A DNA stretch of 64,000 nucleotides from Betaproteobacteria bacterium (lineage in GTDB: Bacteria; Pseudomonadota; Gammaproteobacteria; Burkholderiales; SG8-39): the NCBI GenBank assembly GCA_037443705.1, contig JBBINV010000010.1, forward strand, positions 1,224 through 65,223. The letters are read 5' to 3'. Positions 10,604 to 18,977 of this stretch are shown here, in pieces (within the stretch, counting starts at the first letter, position 1; the number at the start of each line of letters is the position of its first letter). The notes under the pieces are model-generated. The model did not search any database. It was given only the letters and a program-made list of their open reading frames with translations, and was not told the origin of the DNA. The position numbers and the translations under genes are program-made.

Positions 10604-12088
10604 CTACCCGCCTTCGGCGCGCATGTGCGGGAACAGGATCACGTCGCGGATCGACGGGCTGTCGGTGAGCAGCATCACCAGCCGGTCGACGCCGAGCCCG
10701 CCGCCCGCGGTGGGCGGCAGCCCGTACTCGAGCGCGCGGATGTAGTCGGCGTCGTAGTACATCGCCTCGTGATCGCCCGCTTCCTTCAGCTTCGCCTGCT
10801 CGCGGAATCGCTCGGCCTGGTCCTCCGGGTCGTTCAGCTCGGAAAAGCCGTTCGCGATCTCCTTGGCGTCGATGAACAGCTCGAAGCGGTCGACGATCCC
10901 GGGATCGCGGTCGTTCCGGCGCGCGAGCGGCGAGACCTCGGCGGGGAACTCGGTGACGAACGTGGGCTGCAGCAGGTGCTTTTCCGCCACCGCCTCGAAC
11001 AGCATCAGCTGCAGCGCGCCCCAGCCCTGGTGGTCGTGCTCCACGCCCAGGGCCTTCAGCTTTCGCGCGAGGAACGCGCGGTCTCGCAGGTCCGCCATGC
11101 CGCATTCCGCGTCCCCGAACTTCCGGATTGCGTCCGGAATGGAAAGCTTCTCGAAAGGCCTCGAAAAATCAAGGCGCTTGCCCTGATAATCGAAATCCGT
11201 TCTTCCGAATGCCGCCCGGGTCGCGTGGCGCACGAGCTTCTCGGTGTGCGCCATCATGTACTCGCAGTCCTCGTAGGCGCAGTACCACTCCATCATCGTG
11301 AACTCGGGGTTGTGCTTCGTGGAGATCCCCTCGTTGCGGAAATTGCGGTTTATCTCGTACACGCGCTCGAAGCCGCCTACCACCAGGCGCTTGAGGAACA
11401 GCTCGGGCGCGATCCGCAGGTACAGGTCGATATCGAGCGCGTGGTGGTGCGTGCGGAACGGCCGCGCCACCGCGCCCCCGGGGATCGGCTGCATCATCGG
11501 CGTCTCGACCTCCATGTAGCCGTCGGTTCGCATGACGTCGCGCAACGCGTCGATGATTCTCGTCCTCTTCTCGAAAACCTCCTTCGACTTCGGGGAAACG
11601 ATCAGATCGACGTAGCGCTGGCGATAGCGCGTCTCCTGGTCGGCGAGGCCGTGGAACTTCTCCGGCAGCGGGCGCAGCGCCTTGGTGAGCAGCCGGATCT
11701 CCCTGGCGTGCACCGTCAGCTCGCCCTTGTTCGTCTTGAAGAGCGTCCCCTTGACGCCGACGATGTCCCCGAGGTCCCAGTGCTTGAACTGCTCGTGCGC
11801 TTGCGCGCCGGTGACGTCGTTCGAAACGTAGATCTGGATCCGGCCGGAGCCGTCCTGGAGCGTCGCGAAGCTCGCCTTGCCCATGACGCGCTTGAGCATC
11901 ATGCGCCCGGCGACGGACACCCGGGCGGGCGCTTTCTCGAGCTCTTCCTTCGTCCGGGCATGGTGCTCGTTCTGAAGCGACCCCGCCCGATGCTCCCTGC
12001 GGAAATCGTTCGGAAACGCGACTCCCTTCGCGCGCAGAGCCTTCAGCTTCTCGCGCCGCTCGTCGATCAGCCTGTTTTCTTCTTCCAT
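10604..12088 (-). CDS. lysS: Lysine--tRNA ligase (class II)
   Basis: 494 aa from internal ATG 12088 ([19 protein letters not shown]). OB-fold '[28 protein letters not shown]' and class II motifs 'FRNEGIS' and '[12 protein letters not shown]'. Confidence 0.95.
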   Translation of the reverse strand: MEEENRLIDERREKLKALRAKGVAFPNDFRREHRAGSLQNEHHARTKEELEKAPARVSVAGRMMLKRVMGKASFATLQDGSGRIQIYVSNDVTGAQAHEQFKHWDLGDIVGVKGTLFKTNKGELTVHAREIRLLTKALRPLPEKFHGLADQETRYRQRYVDLIVSPKSKEVFEKRTRIIDALRDVMRTDGYMEVETPMMQPIPGGAVARPFRTHHHALDIDLYLRIAPELFLKRLVVGGFERVYEINRNFRNEGISTKHNPEFTMMEWYCAYEDCEYMMAHTEKLVRHATRAAFGRTDFDYQGKRLDFSRPFEKLSIPDAIRKFGDAECGMADLRDRAFLARKLKALGVEHDHQGWGALQLMLFEAVAEKHLLQPTFVTEFPAEVSPLARRNDRDPGIVDRFELFIDAKEIANGFSELNDPEDQAERFREQAKLKEAGDHEAMYYDADYIRALEYGLPPTAGGGLGVDRLVMLLTDSPSIRDVILFPHMRAEGG

Positions 12089-12090
12089 CG

Positions 12091-13195
12091 CTAGACTCCC
12101 TGCTTGAGACTCGCGGTGATGAAGTCGTCGAGATCGCCGTCGAGCACCGCCTGCGTGGCGCCCTTCTCGACGCCGGTGCGAAGGTCCTTGATGCGCGACT
12201 GGTCGAGGACGTACGAGCGGATCTGGTGGCCCCACTCGATGTCGGTCTTCGCGGCCTCGAGCCTGGACTGCTCCGCGGTGCGCTTGCGCAGCTCCAGCTC
12301 GTACAGGCGCGACTTCAGCATCGCCATGCACTCGGCGCGGTTGCGGTGCTGGGAGCGGTCGTTCTGGCTCTGCACCACGATCCCGGTCGGCAGGTGCGTG
12401 ATCCGGACCGCCGACTCGGTCTTGTTGACGTGCTGGCCGCCTGCGCCCGAGGCGCGGTAGACGTCGATGCGAAGATCGGCGGGGTTCACGGCGATCTCGA
12501 TCGACTCGTCGATCTCGGGGTAGACGAACACCGCGGCGAACGAGGTGTGGCGCCGCGCGTTCGCGTCGAAGGGAGACTTGCGCACCAGGCGGTGCACGCC
12601 CGACTCGGTGCGCAGGTGCCCGTAGGCGTATTCGCCCGTCACCTTGAGCGTGGCGCTCTTGATCCCCGCGACCTCGGCCTCGGTGCGCTCGAGCACTTCG
12701 GCACTGAAGCGCTTGCGGTCGCAGTACTTGAGGTACATGCGTTCGAGCATCGCCGCCCAGTCCTGCGCTTCGGTGCCGCCCGAGCCCGCCTGGATGTCGA
12801 CGAAGCAGTTGTTCGCATCGAGCGGATTGGAGAACATGCGGCGGAACTCGAGCGCCGCGACGTCCCTCTCGAGCTTGTCGACATCCGCGGCGACCGCCTC
12901 GAGCGCCGCGTCGTCGCCTTCCAGGCGCGCCAGCTCGAACAGCTCCGCCGAATCGCCGAGGCCGCCGCTCACGCGCTCGAGCACGAGCACCGTGGCCTCC
13001 AGCGCCTTCTTCTCTTTTCCGAGCTCCTGCGCGCGCTGCGGGTTGTCCCACAGGCGCGGGTCTTCCAGCTCGCGGTTCAGCGCCTCGAGGCGGGCCTTCT
13101 TCGCCTCGAAGTCAAAGATACCTCCGCAGCTCGGCGGCGCGCGTCTGCAGCCCGGCGAGCGTGGAGGCGATCAGGTTGACGCGTTCGGGTTCCAT
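12091..13195 (-). CDS. prfB: Peptide chain release factor 2, requires programmed +1 frameshift
   Basis: ORF0 '[27 protein letters not shown]' spans 13195 to 13112. The +1 frame continues '[25 protein letters not shown]...'. The body has 'SPF' (RKSPFD) and 'GGQ' ([19 protein letters not shown]). Total length 1105 nt = 3n+1. Confidence 0.93.
13111..13125 (-). promoter_or_regulatory. RF2 programmed +1 frameshift site (internal SD-like GGAGG + CUU UGA C)
   Basis: The minus strand reads GGAGG-TAT-CTT-TGA-C, nearly identical to the E. coli prfB site GGGGG-TAT-CTT-TGA-C. Confidence 0.9.
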
Positions 13196-13385
13196 GCGCG
13201 GGAAAAATGGGCGGATTATACGCAGGTCCGCGCCCTCGGCGCGAGCTGACGCTCGGTCAGTCTGTCGTCGCGTCGCGCCCGCGCGGCGAACCGGGCGCAC
13301 ATCGGGCCGCCCTCCGGGAACCCGATCAGAGCCGTGCGCTTCGAGCTCGCTTCGCGAGGTGATCGAGGAACCGCGCGATGAACTT

Positions 13386-13595
13386 CTAGACGCGTTTCCC
13401 GGAATAGTCTTCGGCGATCTTGTCCTCGAAGAAGCTGGTCGGGTTCGGCGCCGCCATGAAGCGGCGGTAAACCTCGGGATAGACGCGCGTGTACTGCCAG
13501 ACCTGGCCGTTCGCCATCTCGACCTCGAGCGTCATCGATTTCTCGTCGTAGCCCACCGCGCGGATCTTCGACGAATTGACCCGCTTTCGTTCCAT
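13386..13595 (-). CDS. KTSC domain-containing protein
   Basis: 69 aa 'MERKRVNSSKIRAVGYDEKSMTLEVEMANGQVWQYTRVYPEVYRRFMAAPNPTSFF' fits the KTSC pattern. The ATG shares 1 nt with the upstream gene's TGA. Confidence 0.75.
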   Translation of the reverse strand: MERKRVNSSKIRAVGYDEKSMTLEVEMANGQVWQYTRVYPEVYRRFMAAPNPTSFFEDKIAEDYSGKRV

Positions 13596-13966
13596 CACGC
13601 TTTGCTCACCTGGATCTTCTCGCCGGACCGGATGCTTCCCAGCGCTTTCGAATCCCCCAGAACCTTGCCCAGCACGTTGCACTTCGAGACCAGCTTCGGC
13701 TTGCCGTCCCTGCCGGAAACCGGCGTGCGGCCGTAGGGCAGGGCGACCGAGGAGCCCTCGACCCAGAAGCACGCGGTGCCTGGCTCGACCACCTGGCGCG
13801 CCTCGGGCTCGAGATCCGCGCTCACCGGCGCCTCGAAATACACCTCCTCGCCCCAGGTCTGCGCGACCGACTCGAACGGGACGGCTTCGAGCAGCGCGCG
13901 CGCCGTGGGCGTGTCGTCGAGCGCCACGACGAATGCGCGGCCCGCGGCCTCGATCCTGAGCTTCAT
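13595..13966 (-). CDS. Cyclophilin-like fold protein (TM1367-like)
   Basis: 123 aa 'MKLRIEAAGRAFVVALDDTPTARALLEAVPF...GEEVYFEAPV...GTACFWVEGSSVALPYG' is typical of the cyclophilin-like superfamily of unknown function. ATGA overlap with the upstream methyltransferase. Confidence 0.7.
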   Translation of the reverse strand: MKLRIEAAGRAFVVALDDTPTARALLEAVPFESVAQTWGEEVYFEAPVSADLEPEARQVVEPGTACFWVEGSSVALPYGRTPVSGRDGKPKLVSKCNVLGKVLGDSKALGSIRSGEKIQVSKA

Positions 13967-14796
13967 TTCGCGGCCACGGCGCGCCAGGGCTCGCTCACGC
14001 CGCGCGTCTCGGCGGTGCCCTCGATCGCGTTGCCCGCGATTCTCCCGGTGAACACCGTGGGCCGTCCCGGCAGCTTGAAGGTCAGGATCTCGCCCTTCAG
14101 CTTCGCATCCTCGAGCGGGAGGCTCCGGCCCTCCAGGCGCGCCGAGCCCGAGACGCGCGTCACCTGCTGCGTGAGCTCGAGGCGCATCGGGCTCCGGCCC
14201 ACGCGCGCCGGCACCGTGGCGCTCCAGTGGCCGGCGACCTTCGCCGGCACCACGTAGAGGTAGATCAGCGTGGTCGTGACCCCCGAAATCGCAACCTTGT
14301 CCTCGAGGTCCATCTGCACGTACTTCTCGGGAATCCAGCCGGCGAGCGGGTAGTCGTGCGAGAGCACGCGCGTGCCGGGGCGCAGCTCCGCGAGAAGCTT
14401 GTCCTTCAGCATGTTCACCGTGTGCGGCAGCAGGTACATGGTGAGCACGGTCGCGCGCGAGATGTCGGTCTTGAACAGGTCCTGGTTGACGAACCTGACG
14501 CGGTCCGCGACGCCCTCCCTGCTCGCCGCCTCGTTCGAGAGCGCGACGAGCTTTTCCTGGATCTCCACGCCGAAGCCGCTCGCGCCGAAGACTTTCGCGG
14601 CGGTGAGCACGATGCGGCCGTCACCCGAGCCGAGGTCGACCACGAAGTCCTTCGGCCCGACCTCGGCGAGCTTGAGCATGTCGGCGACCACGCTCTGCGG
14701 CGAGGGCACGTAGGGCCCGGCGTTGACGGTGCGTTCCTCCGCGAACGCGCCGGACGAGAGCAGTGCGGCGCAGAGCAGCGTGAGCAGGGTTTTCAT
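13963..14796 (-). CDS. Secreted class I SAM-dependent methyltransferase
   Basis: Signal peptide 'MKTLLTLLCAALLSSGAFA' and SAM motif I 'VVDLGSGDGRIVLTAA', plus a roughly 90-aa C-terminal beta-rich extension. ATG 14796 is preferred to 14817. Confidence 0.75.
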   Translation of the reverse strand: MKTLLTLLCAALLSSGAFAEERTVNAGPYVPSPQSVVADMLKLAEVGPKDFVVDLGSGDGRIVLTAAKVFGASGFGVEIQEKLVALSNEAASREGVADRVRFVNQDLFKTDISRATVLTMYLLPHTVNMLKDKLLAELRPGTRVLSHDYPLAGWIPEKYVQMDLEDKVAISGVTTTLIYLYVVPAKVAGHWSATVPARVGRSPMRLELTQQVTRVSGSARLEGRSLPLEDAKLKGEILTFKLPGRPTVFTGRIAGNAIEGTAETRGVSEPWRAVAAK

Positions 14797-14835
14797 GATG
14801 GGCGCACTGTAACGCATACCCGGGTACGCCGGAAG

Positions 14836-14864
14836 GGAACTGCCGGGGCGCTCCGCTTGTCAGA
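14836..14864 (+). promoter_or_regulatory. Putative sigmaE (RpoE/AlgU)-type promoter of the DegP-like gene
   Basis: GGAACTG (14836-14842), a 17-nt spacer, then TCAGA (14860-14864). Compare the GAACTT-N16/17-TCTGA consensus and the E. coli degP promoter. It lies about 30 nt upstream of the start codon. Confidence 0.5.
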
Positions 14865-14896
14865 CGCGCACGACAGGAAATCTGAAGGAGATGCAG

Positions 14897-16291
14897 ATGA
14901 AGCTCAAAGCTGCAGCGACCGTGCTCGTCGCCGCAAGCCTCGCCGCGGCCGGCGCGTATCTCGCGCGGCAGGATATCTTCGTCCGGCTGCAGGAGGTGCA
15001 CGCCGCCGCACCGGCCGCGGTCCCGGCTGCGCCCGCGGCGACGCTGCCGGACTTCGCGGGGATCGTCCAGCAGTACGGTCCCGCGGTTGTGAACCTCTCC
15101 GCCTCGGGAACGCGCGAGGCCGGTTTGGGCGAATTTCCTTTTCCGTTCGCGCTTCCGCGCGAGATGCCCGTCCAGGGCCAGGGCTCGGGCTTCATCGTGA
15201 GCCCGGACGGCGTGGTCCTCACCAACGCGCATGTGGTGCGGGATGCGTCGGAGGTCACCGTCAAGCTCACCGACCGGCGCGAGTTCCGCGCCAGGGTCCT
15301 CGGCATCGACCCGGCCACCGACGTCGCGGTGCTCCGGGTCGACGCGAAGGGCCTGCCCGCGGTGCGCCTGGGCGATCCGGCGCGCGTGCGCGTCGGCGAC
15401 TGGGTGGTCGCGATCGGCTCGCCGTTCGGCTTCGAGAACAGCGTCACCGCGGGGATCGTGTCCGCGAAGGGCCGGTCGCTGCCCGGCGAGAACTTCGTGC
15501 CGTTCATCCAGACCGACGTCGCGGTGAACCCGGGCAATTCCGGCGGGCCGCTCTTCAACCTGCAGGGCGAGGTGGTCGGGATCAACTCGCAGATCTACAG
15601 CCGCTCGGGCGGCTACCAGGGCCTTTCGTTCGCGATCCCGATCGACGTCGCGCTGCGCGTCAAGGACCAGATCGTCGCCACCGGGCGCGCGAGGCACGCG
15701 CGGCTCGGCGTCTCGGTGCAGCAGGTGAACCAGGCGCTCGCCGAATCGTTCGGCCTGAAGCGCGCGCAGGGCGCGCTCGTGTCGCAGGTGCAGCCCGGGA
15801 GCGCGGCGGCGCGCGCGGGCCTGCGCGCCGGCGACGTCGTCCTCAAGTACAACGGCAGGACGGTCGACGCCGCGAGCGACCTCTCCGCCGCGGTAGGCCT
15901 TGCCGTGCCCGGCGACAGGGCGACGCTGGAAGTGTGGCGCGACGGCGCCGCGCGCGAGATCGTCGCCACGCTCGGCGAGGCGAACGAGAAGGCAGAGCCG
16001 CGCGCATCGGGCGCGCCGCCCGAGAAAGGGCGCCTGGGGCTCGCGATCCGGCCGCTCACGCCGCAGGAGCGGCGCGAGGCCGAGGTGCCTGGCGGGGGGC
16101 TGCTGGTCGAAGGCGTCGACGGTCCCGCGGCGCGCGCCGGGCTGCAGCCGGGCGACATCGTGCTGTCGGCGAACGGCAAGCCGGTGAAGAGCGTGGACGA
16201 CCTGCGCGCGGCGGTGAAATCCGCCAGGAGCGTGGCGCTGCTCGTGCAGCGCGACGGCGAGCGGATCTTCGTTCCCGTGACGGCGGGATAG
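14897..16291 (+). CDS. Periplasmic serine endoprotease, DegP/DegQ/MucD (HtrA) family
   Basis: Signal peptide, trypsin-like catalytic motifs 'TNAHVV', 'DVAVL' and 'GNSGGPL', and two PDZ domains. ATG 14897 sits 6 nt after SD AAGGAG (14885-14890), whereas the track ATG 14891 abuts the SD. Confidence 0.92.
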   Translation: MKLKAAATVLVAASLAAAGAYLARQDIFVRLQEVHAAAPAAVPAAPAATLPDFAGIVQQYGPAVVNLSASGTREAGLGEFPFPFALPREMPVQGQGSGFIVSPDGVVLTNAHVVRDASEVTVKLTDRREFRARVLGIDPATDVAVLRVDAKGLPAVRLGDPARVRVGDWVVAIGSPFGFENSVTAGIVSAKGRSLPGENFVPFIQTDVAVNPGNSGGPLFNLQGEVVGINSQIYSRSGGYQGLSFAIPIDVALRVKDQIVATGRARHARLGVSVQQVNQALAESFGLKRAQGALVSQVQPGSAAARAGLRAGDVVLKYNGRTVDAASDLSAAVGLAVPGDRATLEVWRDGAAREIVATLGEANEKAEPRASGAPPEKGRLGLAIRPLTPQERREAEVPGGGLLVEGVDGPAARAGLQPGDIVLSANGKPVKSVDDLRAAVKSARSVALLVQRDGERIFVPVTAG

Positions 16292-16306
16292 GAAGCTGCC
16301 GTCGTA

Positions 16307-16320
16307 CCCGCGAAAGCGGG
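16307..16320. repeat. REP-like hairpin CCCGC-GAAA-GCGGG (short copy), probable bidirectional terminator between degP-like and recJ
   Basis: 5-bp GC stem with a GAAA loop in the 32-bp convergent intergenic spacer. It has the same core as the copies at 20386, 23247 and 48788. Confidence 0.5.
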
Positions 16321-16323
16321 AAC

Positions 16324-18009
16324 CTAGGTTTCCACGTGCTCGATGGCGAGCTGCACCGACTTGAGCCCGCCGAACTCGTTCACCGACAGCCGGTAGGCGG
16401 CCCGGATCTCGCGCGGCAGCGGCTCGAGCGCGTTGAAGCGCATCGCCTCGATCCTGCGCCCGTCCTTGGCGAGGCGCAGTTTCAGGTGGCGCTCGCCAAC
16501 CACGCGCTGCGACTCCACCGCGAAGCGGTCGCAAAAGAGCGGCGGCGGAAACCCCTGGCCCCAGATTCCCGATTCCAGCATCTGCGCCACCTCCAGCGTC
16601 TGGTAGCCGGTTTCGAGCTCGCCGTCGGTCTCCACGATGCGAAGGCGCTTGTCTTCGGGAAGCATCTCCGCGGCGGCGGCCTCGAACAGCGCGCCAAAGC
16701 GCGCGAGGTCGGCCTCGCGGATCGTGAGGCCCGCGGCCTGCGCGTGCCCGCCGAAGCGAAGGATGAGCCCCGGCGCGCGCTTGGCCACGAGATCGAGGCA
16801 GTCGCGCAGGTGCAGCCCGGGGACCGAGCGGCCGGAGCCTCGAAGCTCTCCCGAAGGGCTCTTCGCGAAGCAAACGGTCGCGCGATTCGTGCGCTCGCGC
16901 ACCCGCGAGGCGAGGATGCCGACCACGCCCTGGTGCCAGCCGGGCTCGAAGAGCGAGAGCGCCGCGCCCGGCGGCTCGGCCAGACGTTCCAGGATCGCAT
17001 TCGCCTCCTCGAGCATCCCGGATTCGATGCGGCGGCGCTCGCGGTTGAGGCGGTCGAGCTCCTGCGCGGCGTTCGCGGCGCGCGCCTCGTCGTCGGTCAC
17101 GAGGCACTCGATGCCGAGGCTCATGTCGGCGAGCCGTCCGGCAGCGTTGAGGCGCGGCCCGAGCACGAACCCGAGATCGAAGCAGCTCGCCGCCGCCGGA
17201 AACCTCCCCGCGGCGCGCAGCAGCGCCGCAAGCCCGGGGCGCGCGGGCGCCGCGCGCAGGCGCTTGAGGCCCTGCGAAACGAGGATCCGGTTGTTCGCAT
17301 CCAGCGGCACGACGTCCGCCACCGTGCCGAGCGCTACCAGGTCCGCGAGCGCGGCGAGATTGGGTTCGGGGCGGTCCTTGAAATGGTTTCTTTCCCTGAG
17401 CGTCTTTCTCAGGGCCATCATCACGTAAAACATGACCCCGACCCCGGCGAGCGCCTTCGAAGCGAACCCGCATCCCGGCTGGTTCGGATTGACGATGCAG
17501 TCGGCCTGGGGCAGCGCCTCGCCCGGGAGGTGGTGGTCGGTGATCAGCGTCGCGACGCCGAGCGCGCGCGCGCGCGCCACGCCCTCCACGCTCGCGATGC
17601 CGTTGTCCACCGTGATCAGCAGGTCGGGCGCGCGCTTCGCGGCGAGATCCACGAGCTCGGGCGTCAGCCCGTAGCCAAGCTCGAAGCGGTTCGGAACCAG
17701 GTAATCGACCTCGGCGCCGAATGCGCGCAGCGCGCGCACGCCCACCGCGCACGCGGTGGCGCCGTCGGCGTCGTAGTCGGCCACGATCAGCAGACGTTTT
17801 CGCTTCTGGATGCAATCGGCCAGCAGGGCCGCGGCTCGTTCCGCTCCGAGGAGAGACTCGGGGCTCAACAGATTCGAAAACCCCTGCTCCAGCTCGTCCC
17901 GGGAACGAATGCGACGGCCCGCGTAAACCCGCGCAAGGACCGGGTGCACCCCGGCGCGCAGCAACGCCTGGCGGTCGGGCTCGGCGTAGGGGCGGGTGAC
18001 GATCCTCAT
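16324..18009 (-). CDS. recJ: Single-stranded-DNA-specific exonuclease RecJ
   Basis: 561 aa with DHH motifs 'LLIVADYDADGATA', 'LITVDNG' and 'LITDHH', plus a DHHA1 region 'GGHAQAAG'. Confidence 0.95.
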   Translation of the reverse strand: MRIVTRPYAEPDRQALLRAGVHPVLARVYAGRRIRSRDELEQGFSNLLSPESLLGAERAAALLADCIQKRKRLLIVADYDADGATACAVGVRALRAFGAEVDYLVPNRFELGYGLTPELVDLAAKRAPDLLITVDNGIASVEGVARARALGVATLITDHHLPGEALPQADCIVNPNQPGCGFASKALAGVGVMFYVMMALRKTLRERNHFKDRPEPNLAALADLVALGTVADVVPLDANNRILVSQGLKRLRAAPARPGLAALLRAAGRFPAAASCFDLGFVLGPRLNAAGRLADMSLGIECLVTDDEARAANAAQELDRLNRERRRIESGMLEEANAILERLAEPPGAALSLFEPGWHQGVVGILASRVRERTNRATVCFAKSPSGELRGSGRSVPGLHLRDCLDLVAKRAPGLILRFGGHAQAAGLTIREADLARFGALFEAAAAEMLPEDKRLRIVETDGELETGYQTLEVAQMLESGIWGQGFPPPLFCDRFAVESQRVVGERHLKLRLAKDGRRIEAMRFNALEPLPREIRAAYRLSVNEFGGLKSVQLAIEHVET

Positions 18010-18977
18010 GCCGGTGCCGCGAGCGGCCGCACGCGCCGCCAGAACCGACGCAGGTCGCCGCGGATCGTCTCGCAGGCAAGGCCGGCGTCCGGCACGCGCA
18101 CCGTGACCATCCCGATCCGGCCGGACCGGAGCGCCTCAAGCAGGGGCTCGAACCAGTTCCTATCGATTTCTTCGACGAGACGGCCATGAAGATGCGCGTT
18201 TCCCGTCGAATGCACCGCGCGCAGTCCGTCCAGCAGCACCAGGTGCCTGCCTTCCCCGGGGGCGCGCTCGAGCCACTCGCGCGCGCCCGCGGGAAGCGCG
18301 CGGCGGCGCATGCCCGCGAGCTGCGCGAGACCCGCGGCCACCGGGTCGTCGGCGCTCACCGAGTGCCAGGGCCCGCGCGCGCCGGCCGGAAGCGGGCCCG
18401 CTCCCCAGAGCCACAGGCTGTTCACTTCGATTTCGCGCGCCTGGTTCGCCGGATGCGCGTGAAGCGCCATCTGGATCTCGTTCAGCAGCGCGCACCAGCC
18501 CGCCTGCGGCAGATGCCGCGCCACGCTTTGCCCCGCGATCTCGAGCGGCGGCGGCGCACCGAGCGCTTCGGCTCGCGCGAGGCGCGCGCACCAGCGCTCC
18601 GGGTGCATCGGAAAGAACGCGATCCGCTCGCCGAAGTGCTCGTTCAGCGCCGCCGCGAGCGCCTCGGCCTCGGCGCGCGTCACTCCGAAGGCGGCGCCGC
18701 CCGGCACGAGCGCGAGCCCGTCCCGCTCCACGCGCAGGTGGACCGGGTCCGCGCGCACCCAGAAGTCCGTTCCCGGCGCGCCGCCTTCCCCGAGCACCGT
18801 GAGCGCTCCGGCCGGAAGTTCGGGTGCGTCGAGGTGGAATGCCTGCCGCAGCCATTCTTCCACCGCCGCCAGATCCTCGTGCAACACCCGCCCCCTCGCG
18901 AAAAGCAGCTCCAGCGACGGCATGCGCGGCATTTCGCGCGCCGCCAGGAGCGCCGGCACCACGAGCTCGCAGTGCAT
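18006..18977 (-). CDS. Conserved hypothetical protein (323 aa), translationally coupled between the exonuclease/GIY-YIG gene and recJ
   Basis: Internal ATG 18977 (MHCELVVPALLAAREMPRMPSLELLFARGR...) of track ORF 18006..19355. The start shares 1 nt with the upstream TGA, and the stop overlaps the recJ ATG (ATGA). No recognisable catalytic motif. Confidence 0.65.
   Translation of the reverse strand: MHCELVVPALLAAREMPRMPSLELLFARGRVLHEDLAAVEEWLRQAFHLDAPELPAGALTVLGEGGAPGTDFWVRADPVHLRVERDGLALVPGGAAFGVTRAEAEALAAALNEHFGERIAFFPMHPERWCARLARAEALGAPPPLEIAGQSVARHLPQAGWCALLNEIQMALHAHPANQAREIEVNSLWLWGAGPLPAGARGPWHSVSADDPVAAGLAQLAGMRRRALPAGAREWLERAPGEGRHLVLLDGLRAVHSTGNAHLHGRLVEEIDRNWFEPLLEALRSGRIGMVTVRVPDAGLACETIRGDLRRFWRRVRPLAAPA

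Noticed and set aside
14227-18189. Very long ORFs without recognisable content: 14227..18189 (+, 1320 aa), 14621..18187 (-, 1188 aa), 56552..62590 (-, 2012 aa), 31912..34770 (-), 38489..41515 (-), 45112..47853 (-), and 10604..13051 (-) upstream of lysS.
   Set aside because: They are Arg/Ala/Gly/Pro-rich, low-complexity translations lying antisense or out of frame to genes with unambiguous motifs (degP-like, recJ, the GGDEF-EAL gene, comEC, ABC1 kinase, relA, prfB). Stop-poor alternative frames are expected at about 70% GC.
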